NCBI GenBank assembly: GCA_043228905.1
Contig: JBHGNT010000008.1
Span: 19,964,001 to 20,028,000, forward strand
DNA length: 64,000 nucleotides
Reading direction: 5' to 3'
DNA from: Azolla caroliniana
Lineage: Eukaryota > Plantae > Polypodiophyta
The position numbers and the translations under genes were made by a program. The notes beneath the pieces were generated by a model that had not been told where the DNA came from, made no database searches, and worked only from the letters and a program-made list of their open reading frames with translations. How positions within the stretch are numbered: position 1 is the first letter of the stretch; every line of letters begins with the position of its first letter. Below, one piece after another: positions 36,799 through 51,240 of the stretch.

Positions 36799-39700
36799 AA
36801 CAAATAAAAAGTATGTCCCCTTGACACGTTGTGAAGACGTCAGTGGGGTCGCACAAAATGTCATCTCTCTCCATATTTAGCTTTAGACCATTACATCACC
36901 TTGTACATACATAACTATCATGGTTTAGCATGCCTAGTCATTTGATTATCGTTCAAGATTGCGATGATTCTGGTGATCTGCACATTGCTTGCCCATGGTA
37001 GGTTCTTGCGGCCATTGTATAGTTGCTTGACTAGTGCAGTTCCATTTCAACCATTGTGCATATGTACTCCAAGCATAGGTTCTTTTTTATCGATTGTCTC
37101 AACAATTGTACACATGTACGAAATAGAGCATCATATATGATGCATACAAACATCATGTCTCCCACTTCCTCCAATGACCCCCTTGCTGTCAATTGTCACA
37201 TGCTTACCTTTGTACATCAATAGCTAGAAAAGTACCCATAAATTCTTTTCACTTCCATGATGGTTGGAGCACTACATATAAACTTTGTACATACATATAC
37301 TTTTCATGCTGATTTAATCCCAAGAGGTTTTTTACTTGACATTGTAAATGATCGATATCTCCATATTACTTCTAAGCAATTGTTGTCAACTAAATACATG
37401 TCATTACTCTCAATCAATTCAAAATGATGCATTTGTACATGTCACTAATCCACTCATTTGCATTCCAAGATGGATGGATTGTCACATGTTCACATTTGTA
37501 TAGAAATTGTCCATTTCTTGTAAATTGTCCTTGTAGGATTGGTTCAATTGCATAAATGTTTATATCTTGGCCATGCAATAATGTTGTTGGTATTTCCATT
37601 AGTAAAGTTTCTTCCAATGCCCACACCCACACGCTTCTCCTTGATTGTGATATTTGATTTGTGTTTCATGATAGATGGAGCATTATATAAGTACCTTTCA
37701 TATAAATTTGTTCTAGTAGTGGCATTTGTTCTTGACATTGTACATTGTACTATTTCACAAACCCATGTGTTAATTATTATCTATATTTCAATTATTTTTT
37801 ATTGCTCATGATGTTCTAAATTCATGCTAGTAAAGATTCCTTTATTGTTGTAACTTAAAATATACCTCTCCTAGTGTGAATCAAATACAAAAATTAAGCA
37901 TTCATCGTCCATATTCTAGATCATAAAATATTGTTCTTTTATTTGTCGTTTGGCATCTATCAATGGGTGATAGGAGGATAAAAGCATAGAGAAGTGAAAC
38001 ATCTACCTAAGAGTAGTGTCGTACCCTAATTGATTGGTTATAGGGGTGATGCCCATGGCACTAATGGAGTCACCTATGTATGTAGCATCAAAATATCCTA
38101 TGCTTGTTTACCATGTCAACATCATCAGGTGCGAATATGAACATGAAATTGTTGGTACAATAATACTTGAAAAACTTAGAGATGATTGGGGAGTGTCAAA
38201 GAACTATACAACCAAAATTAGGACATACGGTTTTAACATGGATTGCACACCTAAATTTAAGAAGTTTAACAAGTGTGACGATGAATCTATAAGAATTAAT
38301 ATTTTTAACTGATGGAGGTTTTTATTGTATTAAGGAAATATTCATTTTATAAGGAACACTTGATTTCTCTTTCAGTATTGTAATGTTTGAATTGGTGTGA
38401 CCATTGAATCATTTCTTCTATTAAAAAATCTTCAACTCTTTTCACAATGGAAAAAAATAAGTTAGCTTGTCGAATATTTAAATACATCGATAATATAAAA
38501 ATGCAAATCTAATATGAATTAAACTTTCTTTTTAGCACTTGTGATAACATCTACACATTGATTAACAATGAGTCCTGTACGTAATAAACACAAACATGTA
38601 AGACATTTTCCTTGTCCATTGTTGACGAACATGCTTACACCAGCCCACTTAAATAGAAGAGGGACATATATGGTCAATGGGCAAAACGAACTTGTGGGAA
38701 GTTTGCACCCTTCATGAGTATTATGCAAAGTTGTATTACCCTTTCAAACAAACAACTATTTACATAGAAGAAATTCTAGGACATGTCTCATTCTACTAAT
38801 ATAATAGCTCTCACTTTTACTACTTAATAAATGCTATCTCTAAGTTCATTTTCAAGAATCAAGATGTTGGGGAAAGTATAGCCAACCCATTGGTTGGCGT
38901 GAAAGTTCTTTTTTCACCTTTATTGCAACACATAGTAGAAAATGGAACACATCCTTTATCCCTCCACTCAACTCAATGTTCGTCTTTCCTTGAATAGTCA
39001 ATTGGTCAACTTTTGTCTCCTTTTATGTGTGTTCGTTATTGAGTCTTTTGGCTATGACAAAAAACATCAAAACATAGCCTCATACATATGACATTTTGCT
39101 TTTTGATGGTCTCTACATCCCTACATCAAGACAACGCCAAATACTTGAGCGCAGATTTAGTGTCCATCAAGTAACTTTTATAATGTAAATGTTGTGAATA
39201 AATGAGAGAGAAAGCATAAGATGAGTGGTATACAATAATCTTTCAATGAGGTTTCTTCTTTTAATATGCTCCATTAGACTCATTCTTCAAAGAGAAAAAA
39301 TCATAGATAACAAATTATCAACAATATGGACAATAATAATATGTTGAGTATGGATGCAATAATAAGATATTGTTAGCAAGGTATAACTTTTACGTTTACT
39401 ACCATGATGATTTTGCCATGTAAATGATGTATCTTCGATCAAGAACAATAATAAATATGCCCATTAGAGGACTTTAAATTTGTGGTTTATTCTCAAAAAA
39501 ATGTTCAACAAAGGCGTTCATGATATACAAACATGATTGATGCTCAACATCGCATAAAGCATAACCGATATCTACAAATTGTGGACCAATTTACTATGTT
39601 TAATATGCATATATAATTTACATTTTAGCTGAACAAGAAATAAGACAAGATGTAAACATGTGAAACAAGCTATTATTGTGTCAGCTTTAAAAAGAAAGAT

Positions 39701-39855
39701 TTAAAAATGTGGAAGTTTGAAAAGCATTCAAGTATCAACAATATCTTTCAAGTTTCAACCAAAATAATAAGATCTAACTAGAATAGATAATTACATTAAA
39801 ATGTCATTAGAATTAGTTTTCACAAACAAAATTTGTCAAAAACTAGCAAAACATT

Positions 39856-41495
39856 CGGAGGAGAGGGTCACGACCTTCTTGTGGGCATGGTGTCACGTAC
39901 AACATCATTTGGTCAAGCACACGCCGGAGACACTAATCGAATGGTCTAGACAACAATTATTTTGGAACCCTCGGGTGCGAACAAGTGACGACATGATGTT
40001 AGGGCAGCTTAAGGGCCTAGCACGGGGAAAGCTGGCGCAAACAGGGCTCCACTCTATAGATGATTGGAGACGCACGGTGGCTTTAGGAGGAGCCTAGGAG
40101 GTCCCATTCCCTCCCCTCAAGGGAGCTATGAAAATGTGGAGATTGATAGTTGAGGCAGTTGATAGGGTTTTGATAGGGGAAGTGAGAGAAGATGCTTGGT
40201 TCAGGCTCTTTGATGAGGCTGGAATGGTTAAGTTGCTGAAGGGTGTGAACGGATCAGGAAGAGATACAATTTTTGGGGAGAGTCAGAGTAGGGGCGCTTG
40301 GCACCCAATCCGCGTGGTGGCGTAGGTTGATAACATCTGGAAGACAGACCCGGATGTTGCTAAGGTGGAACCCCATTGGAAGTTATGGGTATATGGTTGT
40401 CGTCCCCTCATCAAACTAGAATGGGACCCAGGGGATTTCAAGTGGAAACATGATGGAAAATTTCTCCATTTTTTCGAGTACAACACCAAACTGGGCCGGA
40501 ATTTTCAACTGCAATTAGACGGCCCCTTACGCAGTGGTTGGCGTACATTGGGCATCCTTGATGAGGTGCTCATTACCTTTTGGAAGGGTCTCTGGCGTCT
40601 CCACATGCCGGAAAAGATAAAGTGTTTTTGGTGGCAAATCAGTCATAATGTGGTTCCCGTTGGTGAATGGCTAGGTAAACGTGGCAGCCCGTTAGGCTGC
40701 CCACTTTGCCATTCAGCTATTGAGACTATGTGGGATTGCCCTCAAGCTCAAAAGGTATGGGATACAGTGACTTGCCTCCTTACGACATGTGAAGTGGAAG
40801 AAACAACATCGTGGAGTGCTACGACCTGGATTGATCACTCCGTTGATAGGTGGATGGACGCCTTCAATGCGGATAATTGGTGCTACATATGCATGAGAGG
40901 CAAAATCGCCAAGATTCGTTTTGAGAGAAGCTTGCAATCCGCATCCCCTAGGTTCCCAGAAATTTGGATGTTGATCGCAGGCTTCACCATGTGGTATGTA
41001 TGGAAAGCGCGTTGCCTAAAGGTCTTTCAAGATTTGGTGTGACCCCCCAAGGAAGTGATCATGGACATATGGATTGCACTTATCAGCTGCCTACGAGGGC
41101 AATTGGACAAGGTTTGCAGCCATTCCAATGACGTGGTCATTGCTCGTTTGCGCTTTTGGAAGAAATGGCGGAACACGCCTATGGTGACACGAGGAAGTGG
41201 CCCGAGGTGGAACTACCATCCCCCATGCTGGTTGTTTCTGACTCACTTACCACCCTCCCTTTGTTGTAGGCCCCAGGAGTTGTCTCGTACTAGCCAACAT
41301 TGAAGGGCACCGTTTTTAGCTATAGGTACTTACATTAAGTAGTCAGTCTGAAAGGCTATGTAACTAGTCCCATTTTCTTGAACTTGATCGGAGGGAGATT
41401 CCCCGATCTATGTATAAGCCTCCTTGTACATTCTCTTTGTAATAATCCTTCCTAACTAATGGGAAAGTAGCTTCATTTTGGGGGAAAAGAAAAAC
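39856..41495 (+). mobile_element. 5'-truncated L1-type LINE remnant (ORF2 C-terminus, zf-RVT)
   Basis: FWKGLWRLHMPEKIKCFWW..CPLC..WYVWKARC with stops between ORF pieces; GC step at ~39856; A-rich 3' end. Confidence 0.85.
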
Positions 41496-41849
41496 TACAA
41501 TAATGGGTGCAATCTAAATACTTAAAACTGAATTATAATAACATGTGTGGTGATGTCTTAGTAGGTGTCTTGTCTTGTCTACATGTTCATCTAACAGTGT
41601 GTTTTGGTCAACCTTGTTTTTTATTGTTCTTAACCTAACATTCACATATCTCATCAACGAATCCTCCAAATTCAATGTGCTTATCAAAGACAAGTGGCAA
41701 TCATACCTTGAATGAGATTTGGAACATCCTCTACTTGATTTCCACAATTTCAATGACTTAGCTAGTTGAGAACCATTTGTCAAAACTCTCTTTTGAGTAA
41801 AGTTGTTAAAGAAAATTGGAAACATTTGAAAGATGTGATCTTTGAGGTA

Positions 41850-44172
41850 GTATATCAACACTTTCAAAAGTGAGCTTTGGAATAGAATGGTGGAAATTAG
41901 CATGCCATTATAGTATCAAGTTGTTATTGCACAATTATATGAGCAAGTTAGATGCCAACTAAAAACTGAGAGTGGTTTCTCATAATACATTTTAAGAAAC
42001 ATGGTGGTTAAGCAAGGATGTCCATTGTCACCAACACTCCTTGGATTATGCATTGGCAAATTGGAATAAGTGGTGGATAGGGTTGCCAAAGAAGAAGGAT
42101 TAGATGCTTTTATATGTAGATGATGTGGTTATCTTCTCATATAATGTTGATGGTATGCAAGGTTTACTTGGAGCATTAAAAGCATTTTGCCAAAGTAGTG
42201 GACTAATTGTAAATGTGGCTAAAACAAAAATGATGGTAGTGTTAGGAAACAAGTCCCTCCGGATGGGAAGTGAGAAGAACAAAGTTGATGAGCAAACTCG
42301 GCCGAGGCCGAAACCGGATGTGTAGTACCCGGCAACGGAAGACCCGGTGAGAACCGGATGTGTAGTACCCGGCAACGGAAGACCCGGTGAGAACCGGATG
42401 TCTAGTACCCGGCAACTGAAGACCCGGTGAGAACCAGATGACGAGTACCCGGCAAGAGCCGGATGGTGAAGGCCCGGTGAGAAGTGCTCACCGGATGGTG
42501 AAGGCCTAGTAAGAAGTGCTCATCGGATGAAGGGACATATTCGTAAATATGTTTTCTGAGAGTCCATCGGGGCTATATTTGTAAATAGCCGAAAAGTCAT
42601 ATTAGTATAAATATGACTTAGGGCAAACTTAGTAAAAGTAGTAGTCGTCATTCTTGTTGGTGCAAGATTTGAGTGTGTAACTGTGTACAGAGAGAGAGAG
42701 AGAGAGAGAGGAAGAGGTCGTTGCCTCTGTTGTAACCGCCGCCTATGGCGAAGATAGCAAGCTCGAGGTTGTTGCCTCGGTGCTTTACTATTGTACATTG
42801 TGATATAGTGATAGTTTGCAGTCTGTGGGCTGCCGTGGTTTTTCCCTAGTTTGGGTTTTCCATGTAAACATCCTGTGTACTCTTCTCTTCACTGTGTTGT
42901 GCATACATTAATCGTTTTTTGTGTTTGATTCTAGGCTCGGTTGTGGCCGAGCGTTGTTCATCGGGAGCGTGTATTCCTGTCAGGTAGTGTGAACCATCCA
43001 GTGTTACCAATACCCGATGCTTACATACAAGGGAGAACATGTACAATTTGTACAAAGCTTTAAGTATCTTGGTATCGATGTACCATAAATAAATGGTGTG
43101 TATGTTGTGAGTCTAGACTTTAAGATTGTTGGAAAAGTTATTATATGCTGGAAAATAAATGCAACCAAAGTGATCCTCATGGATAGGAAGTGAAACTAAT
43201 GTTATTTAATGACATGGTAACACAAGTTTTGCTTTATGGAGTAGAAGTGTGGGGAGGCACTATCTCTCGTAATACATGGAATGAGATTGAGAAGATTCAA
43301 AAGATGTTTTTAAGGAGGCAATTGAGAGTGAAATACACCACCTCCTATCAAGTTATGCTTTTGGAAACAAGTGTTCGACTTGTAGAGATATTAGCACTAC
43401 ATAAAGTATATAGATACATTACAAAAGTCAAGAATATGCCAAATCATAGATTACCATATCTTGCGTGGAATGTTGGATGTAAACTACAAAAGAATCACAA
43501 AGAGTAAAATTCTCTCATTCGGTTGGGTAGTTGACATCAAAAAATGGTTCAAAAGATGGGATGTGGAAGATCTCCTCGAGCTTTCATGTGATGCTACAAA
43601 ATATGTAGTTATTGAGGAAAGGTTAACAGACCCACTAAGGAAGAAGTGGAAAGATGCTAAAGGACAAAATTAGAATATTACATTGCAAACATCAATCCTA
43701 AATGTTGGGTTCTATATAAGACAAGATGGCTTATTGATCATGTTCAACCTTATCACATTACTAACATGAGTATTACCTGTCATAGAGCCTTAATACTCCT
43801 TCACACTCGGTCACACAACCTAGGTATTTAGGTTGCAATATAGAATAAAATCAGCCAAATATAAAGGTATGCAAGGAAGGGCTAGTGGATGATGAGTATC
43901 AGTTGCTTTTCACATGCTTCACATATAGTGCAATTCATGAAAGCTATGGTGATATATTAAGGGGGGGTGATGACTTGAGTGTCACACTAAAGAGAACACC
44001 TAGAAGGTTGAGATCATATGTGTGTGCCTTATCTATTCATCGAGACTTGGTGCTTCAAAGTATGAATGTCCCTTCTTAGGAAGGAGACACACATACAGAT
44101 AACTTTTGTACTTAGGCCCGTGGGTCAATATTGGCATCTTTATGGATGCTAAAAATATCTATCTATCTATCT
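41850..44172 (+). mobile_element. RTE-like non-LTR retrotransposon remnant split by a solo LTR
   Basis: VKQGCPLSPTL, LLYVDDVV, KTKMMV, FKYLGID, LLYGVEVWG; ends in (TATC)n. The clade call is tentative. Confidence 0.8.
42240..42982 (+). mobile_element. Solo LTR, copia family C-related (743 bp)
   Basis: TG..CA ends, GGTAG TSD (42235-42239, 42983-42987), 40-bp CCGG-rich tandem repeats, motifs shared with the 22128 LTR. Confidence 0.93.
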
Positions 44173-44175
44173 CTT

Positions 44176-44400
44176 CTAATTAGGGCGACTAAGGTAGATT
44201 ATGAAATTGGCCTTAGCTTAGACTAATCTAACTTTGGCCTTAACCTTGGGCCGATTAAGAAATTAGCCTTACCTACCTAGGGTCAATAATAAAATTAATC
44301 ATAGCTAGGGTAGGTTTTTTAAATTGGCCTTAGATAAGGCTAATTTTGGTTTGGGCTTAGCTAGGTTTGATTTATCCCTTCGAAACTAGCTAGATTGGAA
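44176..44400. repeat. Degenerate AAATTGGCCTTAGCT-type short repeat cluster
   Basis: About 6-7 imperfect copies of TTGGCCTTA/TTAGCT. Confidence 0.5.
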
Positions 44401-44689
44401 TGTAAAAATTTTGATATTTTGTAAAAATGTGCATTTTTGCTCTTTTCCACACCATATCTAAGACATTGGCAATTTCTCTATTTCTTTCATAAATATTATT
44501 ATGATGATGAGTTTATACACCCTTCTTTTTTATGTTTTCCCCTTTTGCACTTGCCACATCGAGATATTGGGCATTTCACCATTTCTCCCACAAATAGTAT
44601 TACGATGATGATTTTGTAAACTTACGTTTTTAGTGTTTTTCACCTTTGCACATGCCCCTCCACATTCCTTATTTCTCCTTTAAATAGTA

Positions 44690-44972
44690 GGGAAAAGTAC
44701 CAAGATACCCCTGGAAGTTCGTCTATTTACCAAAATGCCCCTGGAAGTTCCAAATTTACCAAACTACCCCTATGTCCAAAAAAATACACTTTATAAAGTA
44801 AGTACAAAGGACCCAAAGAATCTCTTAAGTAAAGAAATTTGTGTTTTAAGGGTATTCTGGTAAATAGGGCTTGTAGATTTGAGTGTATAATTACTTTATA
44901 AAGTGTATTTTTATGGACATAGGGGTAGTTTGGTAAATTTGGAACTTCTAGGGGTATCCTGGTACTTTTCCC
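44690..44972. mobile_element. Mutator-like MITE, 283 bp
   Basis: ~80-bp TIRs GGGAAAAGTACCA.GATACCCCT.GAAGTTC..TACACTTTATAAAGTAA; perfect 9-bp TSD TAAATAGTA (44681-44689, 44973-44981); 30-bp subterminal duplication in the left TIR. Confidence 0.92.
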
Positions 44973-45499
44973 TAAATAGTATGATGATGATGGTTGCTAA
45001 AATAAAGTGGAAGGTGAAAATGTTTTGTAATTTGTAGTGCACCGACTACATTATAGAATGAAAAAGTGAAAACCATGAGAAGAATCTTGCATGTTGTTTA
45101 CATTGACAAAGCAACATAACATTCTCAATTTGGTTAGGAAATAAGAGGGGTTTTATTGTTATGTGAGTCTTCTTTAGGGAATTGCAGTAAAAGGTTGTTG
45201 ATTAACTTCTTGTTTATATTTCAAGCTACCTACGTGAGGACCATGATTATGGTCAGGGTATTCTAGTACTAAGAGAGGATTACAACAAATATATGTTTAT
45301 TAGAGTGTGATGATCATTTAGAATTGGGTAATATCCTATATAACTATGGTTGGGACATAGTAAATGTAGGACTCAAGACTAGAATATGATGGTACTACTT
45401 GCTACTTGGTATATAGAGTTCCCACTCATTTGTAACAAGCCTATGATTTTTTGGAACTAACATTTAACATGTTTTTCTATTAATAGCAAATCATAAAGA

Positions 45500-45780
45500 T
45501 GTTTTCTTTTTCCAAAAAAACTCCTTCCATTAGTTATGAAATTTTACAAGTGTTATATACAAATCAATGTAGGGATGCAATAGTTCCATCTTATGTGGAT
45601 GCCCACTGACTCAAGAAAGGGAGAGGACGACCAATGTTGGATGAAGGCTAGTCGTTGTCTTTCAACTCCATCGGAACCGCCCTTGAGGTCATCGTATTGG
45701 CGCTTTAGAGTGGCTACAACTTCAGTCCATGACATCAATGTATTGATTGGAGACTCACATGCATAGATATAGAACACATT
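45500..45780 (-). mobile_element. Short L1-type 3'-end remnant, copy 1
   Basis: Encodes ..RQRLAFIQHWSSSPF..IRWNY, similar to the ORF2 end at 41055-41303; T-rich (poly-A) flank. Confidence 0.7.
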
Positions 45781-46992
45781 GAGGATAACACTTGTTTATC
45801 ATATATTTCTTGGAGTACCCATTCTCATCATCAATGACTAGATTTTTGAACATTTGTGCATTTGTTTCCTTTTTCAAAATGCAAACCGTTGTCACGTACT
45901 AAGACATTTTAAAACCACGAAAATTTGACGTTACACACAAAAACTAGGGCGAAATGTCAGTGATAATTCAAGAGATGGAGCGCAAACAACATATGACTAC
46001 CGATATCAAATATGCATGTAAAGAATAGCAGGTTGCAATGCTTTATGAGATGTTCAAAGAATTGTGAAATAATATTAGACTTGCATCACGGCTAAAGTAA
46101 AACTTGGAGGGCTAAATTTACATTGCGAGAAGTGAACAATATGAGTATGTGTGAGCTTTTGGGTAGTGTATTTATTGTTCATTGAAATAGGTCACATGAT
46201 GGATATATGTCCAAGATTGAACAAGAATATTTTTTTAAAAGCTTTGCATATACATTTACTCACCTTTTGACATATATTTATTTCTTGCGATGTTTTGTTT
46301 TCCATCGCACAATCAATTATAGTTATGGCTGAGTGTATTGCAAATGTGCCAAGCCATGGAGAAATATTATACAACTTTAGTTATTATCATTGTTTATCTT
46401 CAAGTTTGTGTAAAAAGTGTTCAGAATGGATTTTTGATGGTGTGGAGAGAGAATATGCATGCGCAAAATGTCGAGACCATTGGATTGTTTTATATTACCA
46501 CAAGACAAACAACTTAACTAGTACTAACTAATTGAACTAATTAATGATCAATGGTTGAGAAACAACAAAATTACTATTGATTGATTGAAGTGGCTAGTAT
46601 ATGGTTGGAATTACTTGGAAAAGCTAGTAGATTTGTCTTAAACTATAGCATGATTTTTATTCTAGACAAAATGAATGTGATGTTCATCAAGTGAAGTGAG
46701 GGAGTTTGCATCAATGGGAACCATACAATAAAGATAAGTATGAAACTAGATTGTCCTTGACTATTAATGTCCCAATAAGGTGTAAACCATAAATAAAAAA
46801 CAAGCTAAAAACAAAGGAAAAGACATCTCCCTTTGTGGGAGTAGTGTATGGAAGGGTAAAACTCCAACAAAATTAGGAAATTACAAAAGTAAATCTATTC
46901 ACCAGGATACCTCTAGGCTCTAACTATATCTACAAGTTCATGTGTGCACAAGCAAAGCAAGGAAACCTTGTAAAAATATTAAGAAGCAATTC

Positions 46993-47682
46993 TCAATGAG
47001 TATCTTTGGAGTCATGTGGATGCACCTTATCATCACCATCACAGGAAGGGTCTTTATAAGCTTGTCTTGAAGAATCAAATATTAAGGGGCTAGGAAAGGC
47101 GAGGAATCTTGGAGTATATTCTCCGGCCATAAAGACAATAGGAGGACATGAAATCTGGGAAAACAAAACACATGAAAATCAGAAAATATTGAAAAATAAA
47201 TAAGAGATTTTATTATCAAACAAAAATGCCATCAAAACATGGAGGTGAGTGAATATGAAAAGCCAACAATAAGAATGTAAAAGCATAAGATGGCAAGCTC
47301 TTACATTATCCATGGTTTTGTTCATGCTCATCATTGATGAGGGATTCATATAGTTATGATTAGGAGAGAAACTAATGTAATTAGCATTAATAGAGGAATT
47401 GATGTGGTTAGTATTAGTGGAAGAATTAGTTGAGGGTGATGGTGGATTGTAAGGATTAATGAGCTTCTTGAGGTGGAACCAATGATAGCAAAATGAGAAG
47501 ATTGCAGAAATGAAGATGATGGTGAGGACCACCATGCCAGTTCCCAATGGAAAAGAAAGTCCCTCTTTCTCATGTGTTGATGTTGACACTTCATATCCAA
47601 ACACTAGGGGCACTTTATCATTGCTTATATTACTACTCCCAACATTAATAGCAAGAAAAATGAGGCCATTCACCCTACCCAT
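46993..47682 (-). CDS. At5g65660-like small membrane protein, paralog 2 (2 exons, 179 aa)
   Basis: Exons 47682-47305 and 47154-46993 with a phase-0 GT-AG intron. LSFPLGTGMVVL..SAIFSFCYHW and PIVFMAGEYTPRFLAFPSP. Confidence 0.85.
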
Positions 47683-49909
47683 CCTTGATTAATGTTCCCC
47701 TTCTAATGGTTAATTTTGTCTTTGGCTTTGGAGATTTTAGGCCTTTATGTTGCTATAACAAATCCTTAGTCTTTACTTACAATTCAGAGTGGATTGTTTA
47801 AGTACCCTAGATTATCCAATAAGTCATGTTTCTAGCCTCACAAAGACTATAATATCATCATCACTCTTCCTTAATGTTACTCAATTGCTCACTCAATTAG
47901 ACCAACAACTTACAACAATTCCCTCAATTTTATTTTTTTACTCTTTGTACTCTCATCCATCTAACTCAATCAACTCATTTTTGTTCCCAATTGTGCTGAT
48001 ATCTTCTCAAGTCCTTAACTATCATGTATAGTCCATATATGGATCTTCAAGTCTTTTTGCTAAATATTATTAACTCTTCTCAAATCCTCACTTATTATGT
48101 AATTATTTTTACTAAGGTTAGTCATACTCGTCATCTACATTCACTTCACAATCCCAATGAAAATTTCTAAGATATTCAATTAGATAATTTGATCTTGAAC
48201 CACCAATGGTTCTTTGCCCTTTGTTTAAGCTAGATTCTAATTGAACTTAGACATGGAATTGAACAAAGTTCTGCTTATTCTTCACTCAAGTCCTCCCCCT
48301 CATTAGGTCTCACTCTTCAAGATCCTTTACTATCCTCTCCTCCTCACTCTGGAAATCATCTTCTTGCACGCTCAAGATCTTGTCCTTTTAAAGGAATTCA
48401 AGTCCTTATCTATATATATTCCTCCCCTCTTTATCTAGCCTTTCCTCAATAGTCCTGGAAATTGTGGTAATGAAATCAATCTAAACACACCACATTCATC
48501 ATTGTTCTACGAGCTCTTGTCAAAAAAAATTGTTTGCTTGATCTTTGTGCTCAAAACCTTGGGTTGAGCCTTTTGAAAATATCCTTTCAAAAGATACTCG
48601 CCATTTGGGAATATCTTGACTTTTTGCACTTTTTGTTATTTGCACTTTGTTATAGGGGTTGTGTTATGAAGATCCCTCCTTGTTAATTATGTTCGAAATC
48701 CTAAAAATGTTTACATTATTAACCAATAATACAAAACCTAATAAAAGATTTGATAACCTAATAGCTTCGAAAATTTTAAACAATCTACTAGTTATGAGGT
48801 GAGTCAACATCTCAACAGAAGATTACTTTTATCTTAACTTCTAGTAATAACATGGAAATTGGTAGGAAAGAGATAAGATGAATGTTGTGTAAGCAAGTTA
48901 AAATTTACACAAGTGGGGTAAATAAGGTTGTGTTTATCTTAACAAAATGTGCATGATCTTGTGTTCTGACAAAGGATATATCATATAACCCTATTAATTT
49001 GAAGGGGCCCACCTTCCACCACCATCATAGTTGCTTGCATGATTTTTTGCGGTCATTCATAAAGGACGGTAAATGATTGGACTCAAAACTTTGTCAATAT
49101 AGCCAATATCATAGAAAATGTGCATATGCTCGATGAGTCACCAATTAGCCTTGGATCATTCTTTAAAACCTGATCTCTTGATGACTTTTGCCATGTGATC
49201 TGTCGATGTAGTAAGATGTGATGCAAATCATATTTCAAAACTATATAAATGATTTGATATAAGAAACTTTAGAAATTAACATGCATGAATTTTATAACTT
49301 TGTCCCACTCGACACTTATCTTGAAGCATTCCACAACCAAAAGTACCCAAACGTACTCATATGTGACCCTTTCATTGATCTTGTACACATACACATGATA
49401 AGAACATTGCATATATGCACATCATATCAATGGAAATCTTCTGGTTTAGTTACATTCCAAAATGTGCACTTGCTGATTTCTATTATCTATCTTTTTGGCA
49501 ATTTCTAATTTACATTCATTCTTCCAATATATCTTTTGAGAATTTCCACTTAGGGGCCACTCTTCCAATTAAAGTTCCCCTTAGGATTAAAAGAATTTTA
49601 GTATTTCCTAGCTAAAGAGTGATGTTATTATTCTTGAAAATCTTTACAAATTGGTAATTCAAGTGGAAGTTATAGATATGTGTTCGAATATTACAAGTTA
49701 CTATTATCAATATAGCACAAAGAATTGTTTCTTAATAATACATTTGAGAAACTATTCATATCCACACGACTTTCCATGAACTTGGATATAGATCCCTCCA
49801 AAAACTAAGGTTCTTCATAAGAAAGAATGAACCAAAAAATGATTCTTCCTCCATATTTAGTGGTTAGTATATAAAATATGAGCTTAAACAATACAATGTC
49901 TTAAGACTA

Positions 49910-51240
49910 TTTTTTTTTTCCAAAGAAGAATATACTCCATTACTTAAAATGACATACAATACACAACTTTAGACATTACCTACTTCCATATGGGCTACAC
50001 CACTTATTTATCTTACACTAAATAGCCCACATGTTTGTTCTCCATGTTTGTCGTGTCATTCACGCCCCTCTATCATCTAATGGGAGGGGGGAACAACCAT
50101 CTCGGGTACTACGTACTGCCATCGTATATCCACTCCAATTTCTACAGCCATCGGTGTAGTACACCATCGTTTTCTAAAATTTAGCCTCATTAAATCTGAA
50201 GTATCATTTGTTCCATCAATCCACTAATATTGGGCCCTCAATGTAGTTATTAAGGTGTGCCATATTAGCTTAATAGATTTTGTTGGAGGCCGTTTGTTTG
50301 CTGAAAATACCCTGGTACATCTTGCGGTCCAAATGTTCCATATGATAATGGGTGCTAGCAACATCCATAGATCTTCAATTTTCTGCTTCTAGGCATTACT
50401 TCTAGGTGCACTGTTACTAGCGATCAATCAAATAGTTCCATTCTCCCCTCTGTACATAGTTGTACATGTGCTATCAAATTTCTCTACGTCATCATCAAGA
50501 CAATTCCAATAAGCATGTCCCCAATTGAGGGTAAATGAGCTAGAGGCATGACAAAGCAATCGTAATGCCCTTCTCCATACAACCGTAGCCTCATGACATT
50601 CCCAAAGACAATGGGAAATGCTTTCTAGTTGTCCACATGCACTACATCTAGGGTCTACATTGGGGCCTTTAGCCCACGCCCCTACTGGCAAGGCTCTATG
50701 CACAATAAGCCATAAGCACATCATTATCTTGCGGTCACCGTTGTCATGTCATATCATTTTCTAGAATTTAGCTAATCTCCTTTCACTAATGCCCTCTTGT
50801 ATCTAAAATTTACGAGTTGCAATGTCTTTGTGTTCTTCGTTTTAGGATAATTTGCCTCCCGATTTTCGTGTTGTATCTGAAAAATTGCACCAACGTGGCA
50901 CCATCACTTTGACCTTGAGTTTTCTAGAAATACATCGCGGGGTCTCATGATAACTTATTTGAATGCCCTTTTGTCGGCCAACACACTGTCGTTGGTTTGA
51001 GCTCACTCGGCTCAGGGTCAACTATCATATCCTTTCCATTTTTTACAAGCAACCTAATCGGCCTTTCAGTTTGATAGGTTGGTTGCTCACATATTACCAT
51101 TCTATGCTCTATTTTGTAGTAGCATGCCTCATTAGATCCAACTTTCATTCCCTTAATTCCAATTAGATAATTTTCAGCATCGATAAGTCATGTCCATTCC
51201 ATTTCAGAGGGACTTATGGCTACATCTTCCTCTTAAGACT
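49910..51240 (-). mobile_element. 5'-truncated L1-type LINE remnant
   Basis: LWLIVHRALPVG..CSACGQLESISHCLWEC (zf-RVT); T-run at 49910-49919 as the poly-A tail. Confidence 0.8.

Noticed and set aside
36830-38750. Short ORFs that might be a decayed transposase
   Set aside because: No motif, terminus or TSD that I can identify.
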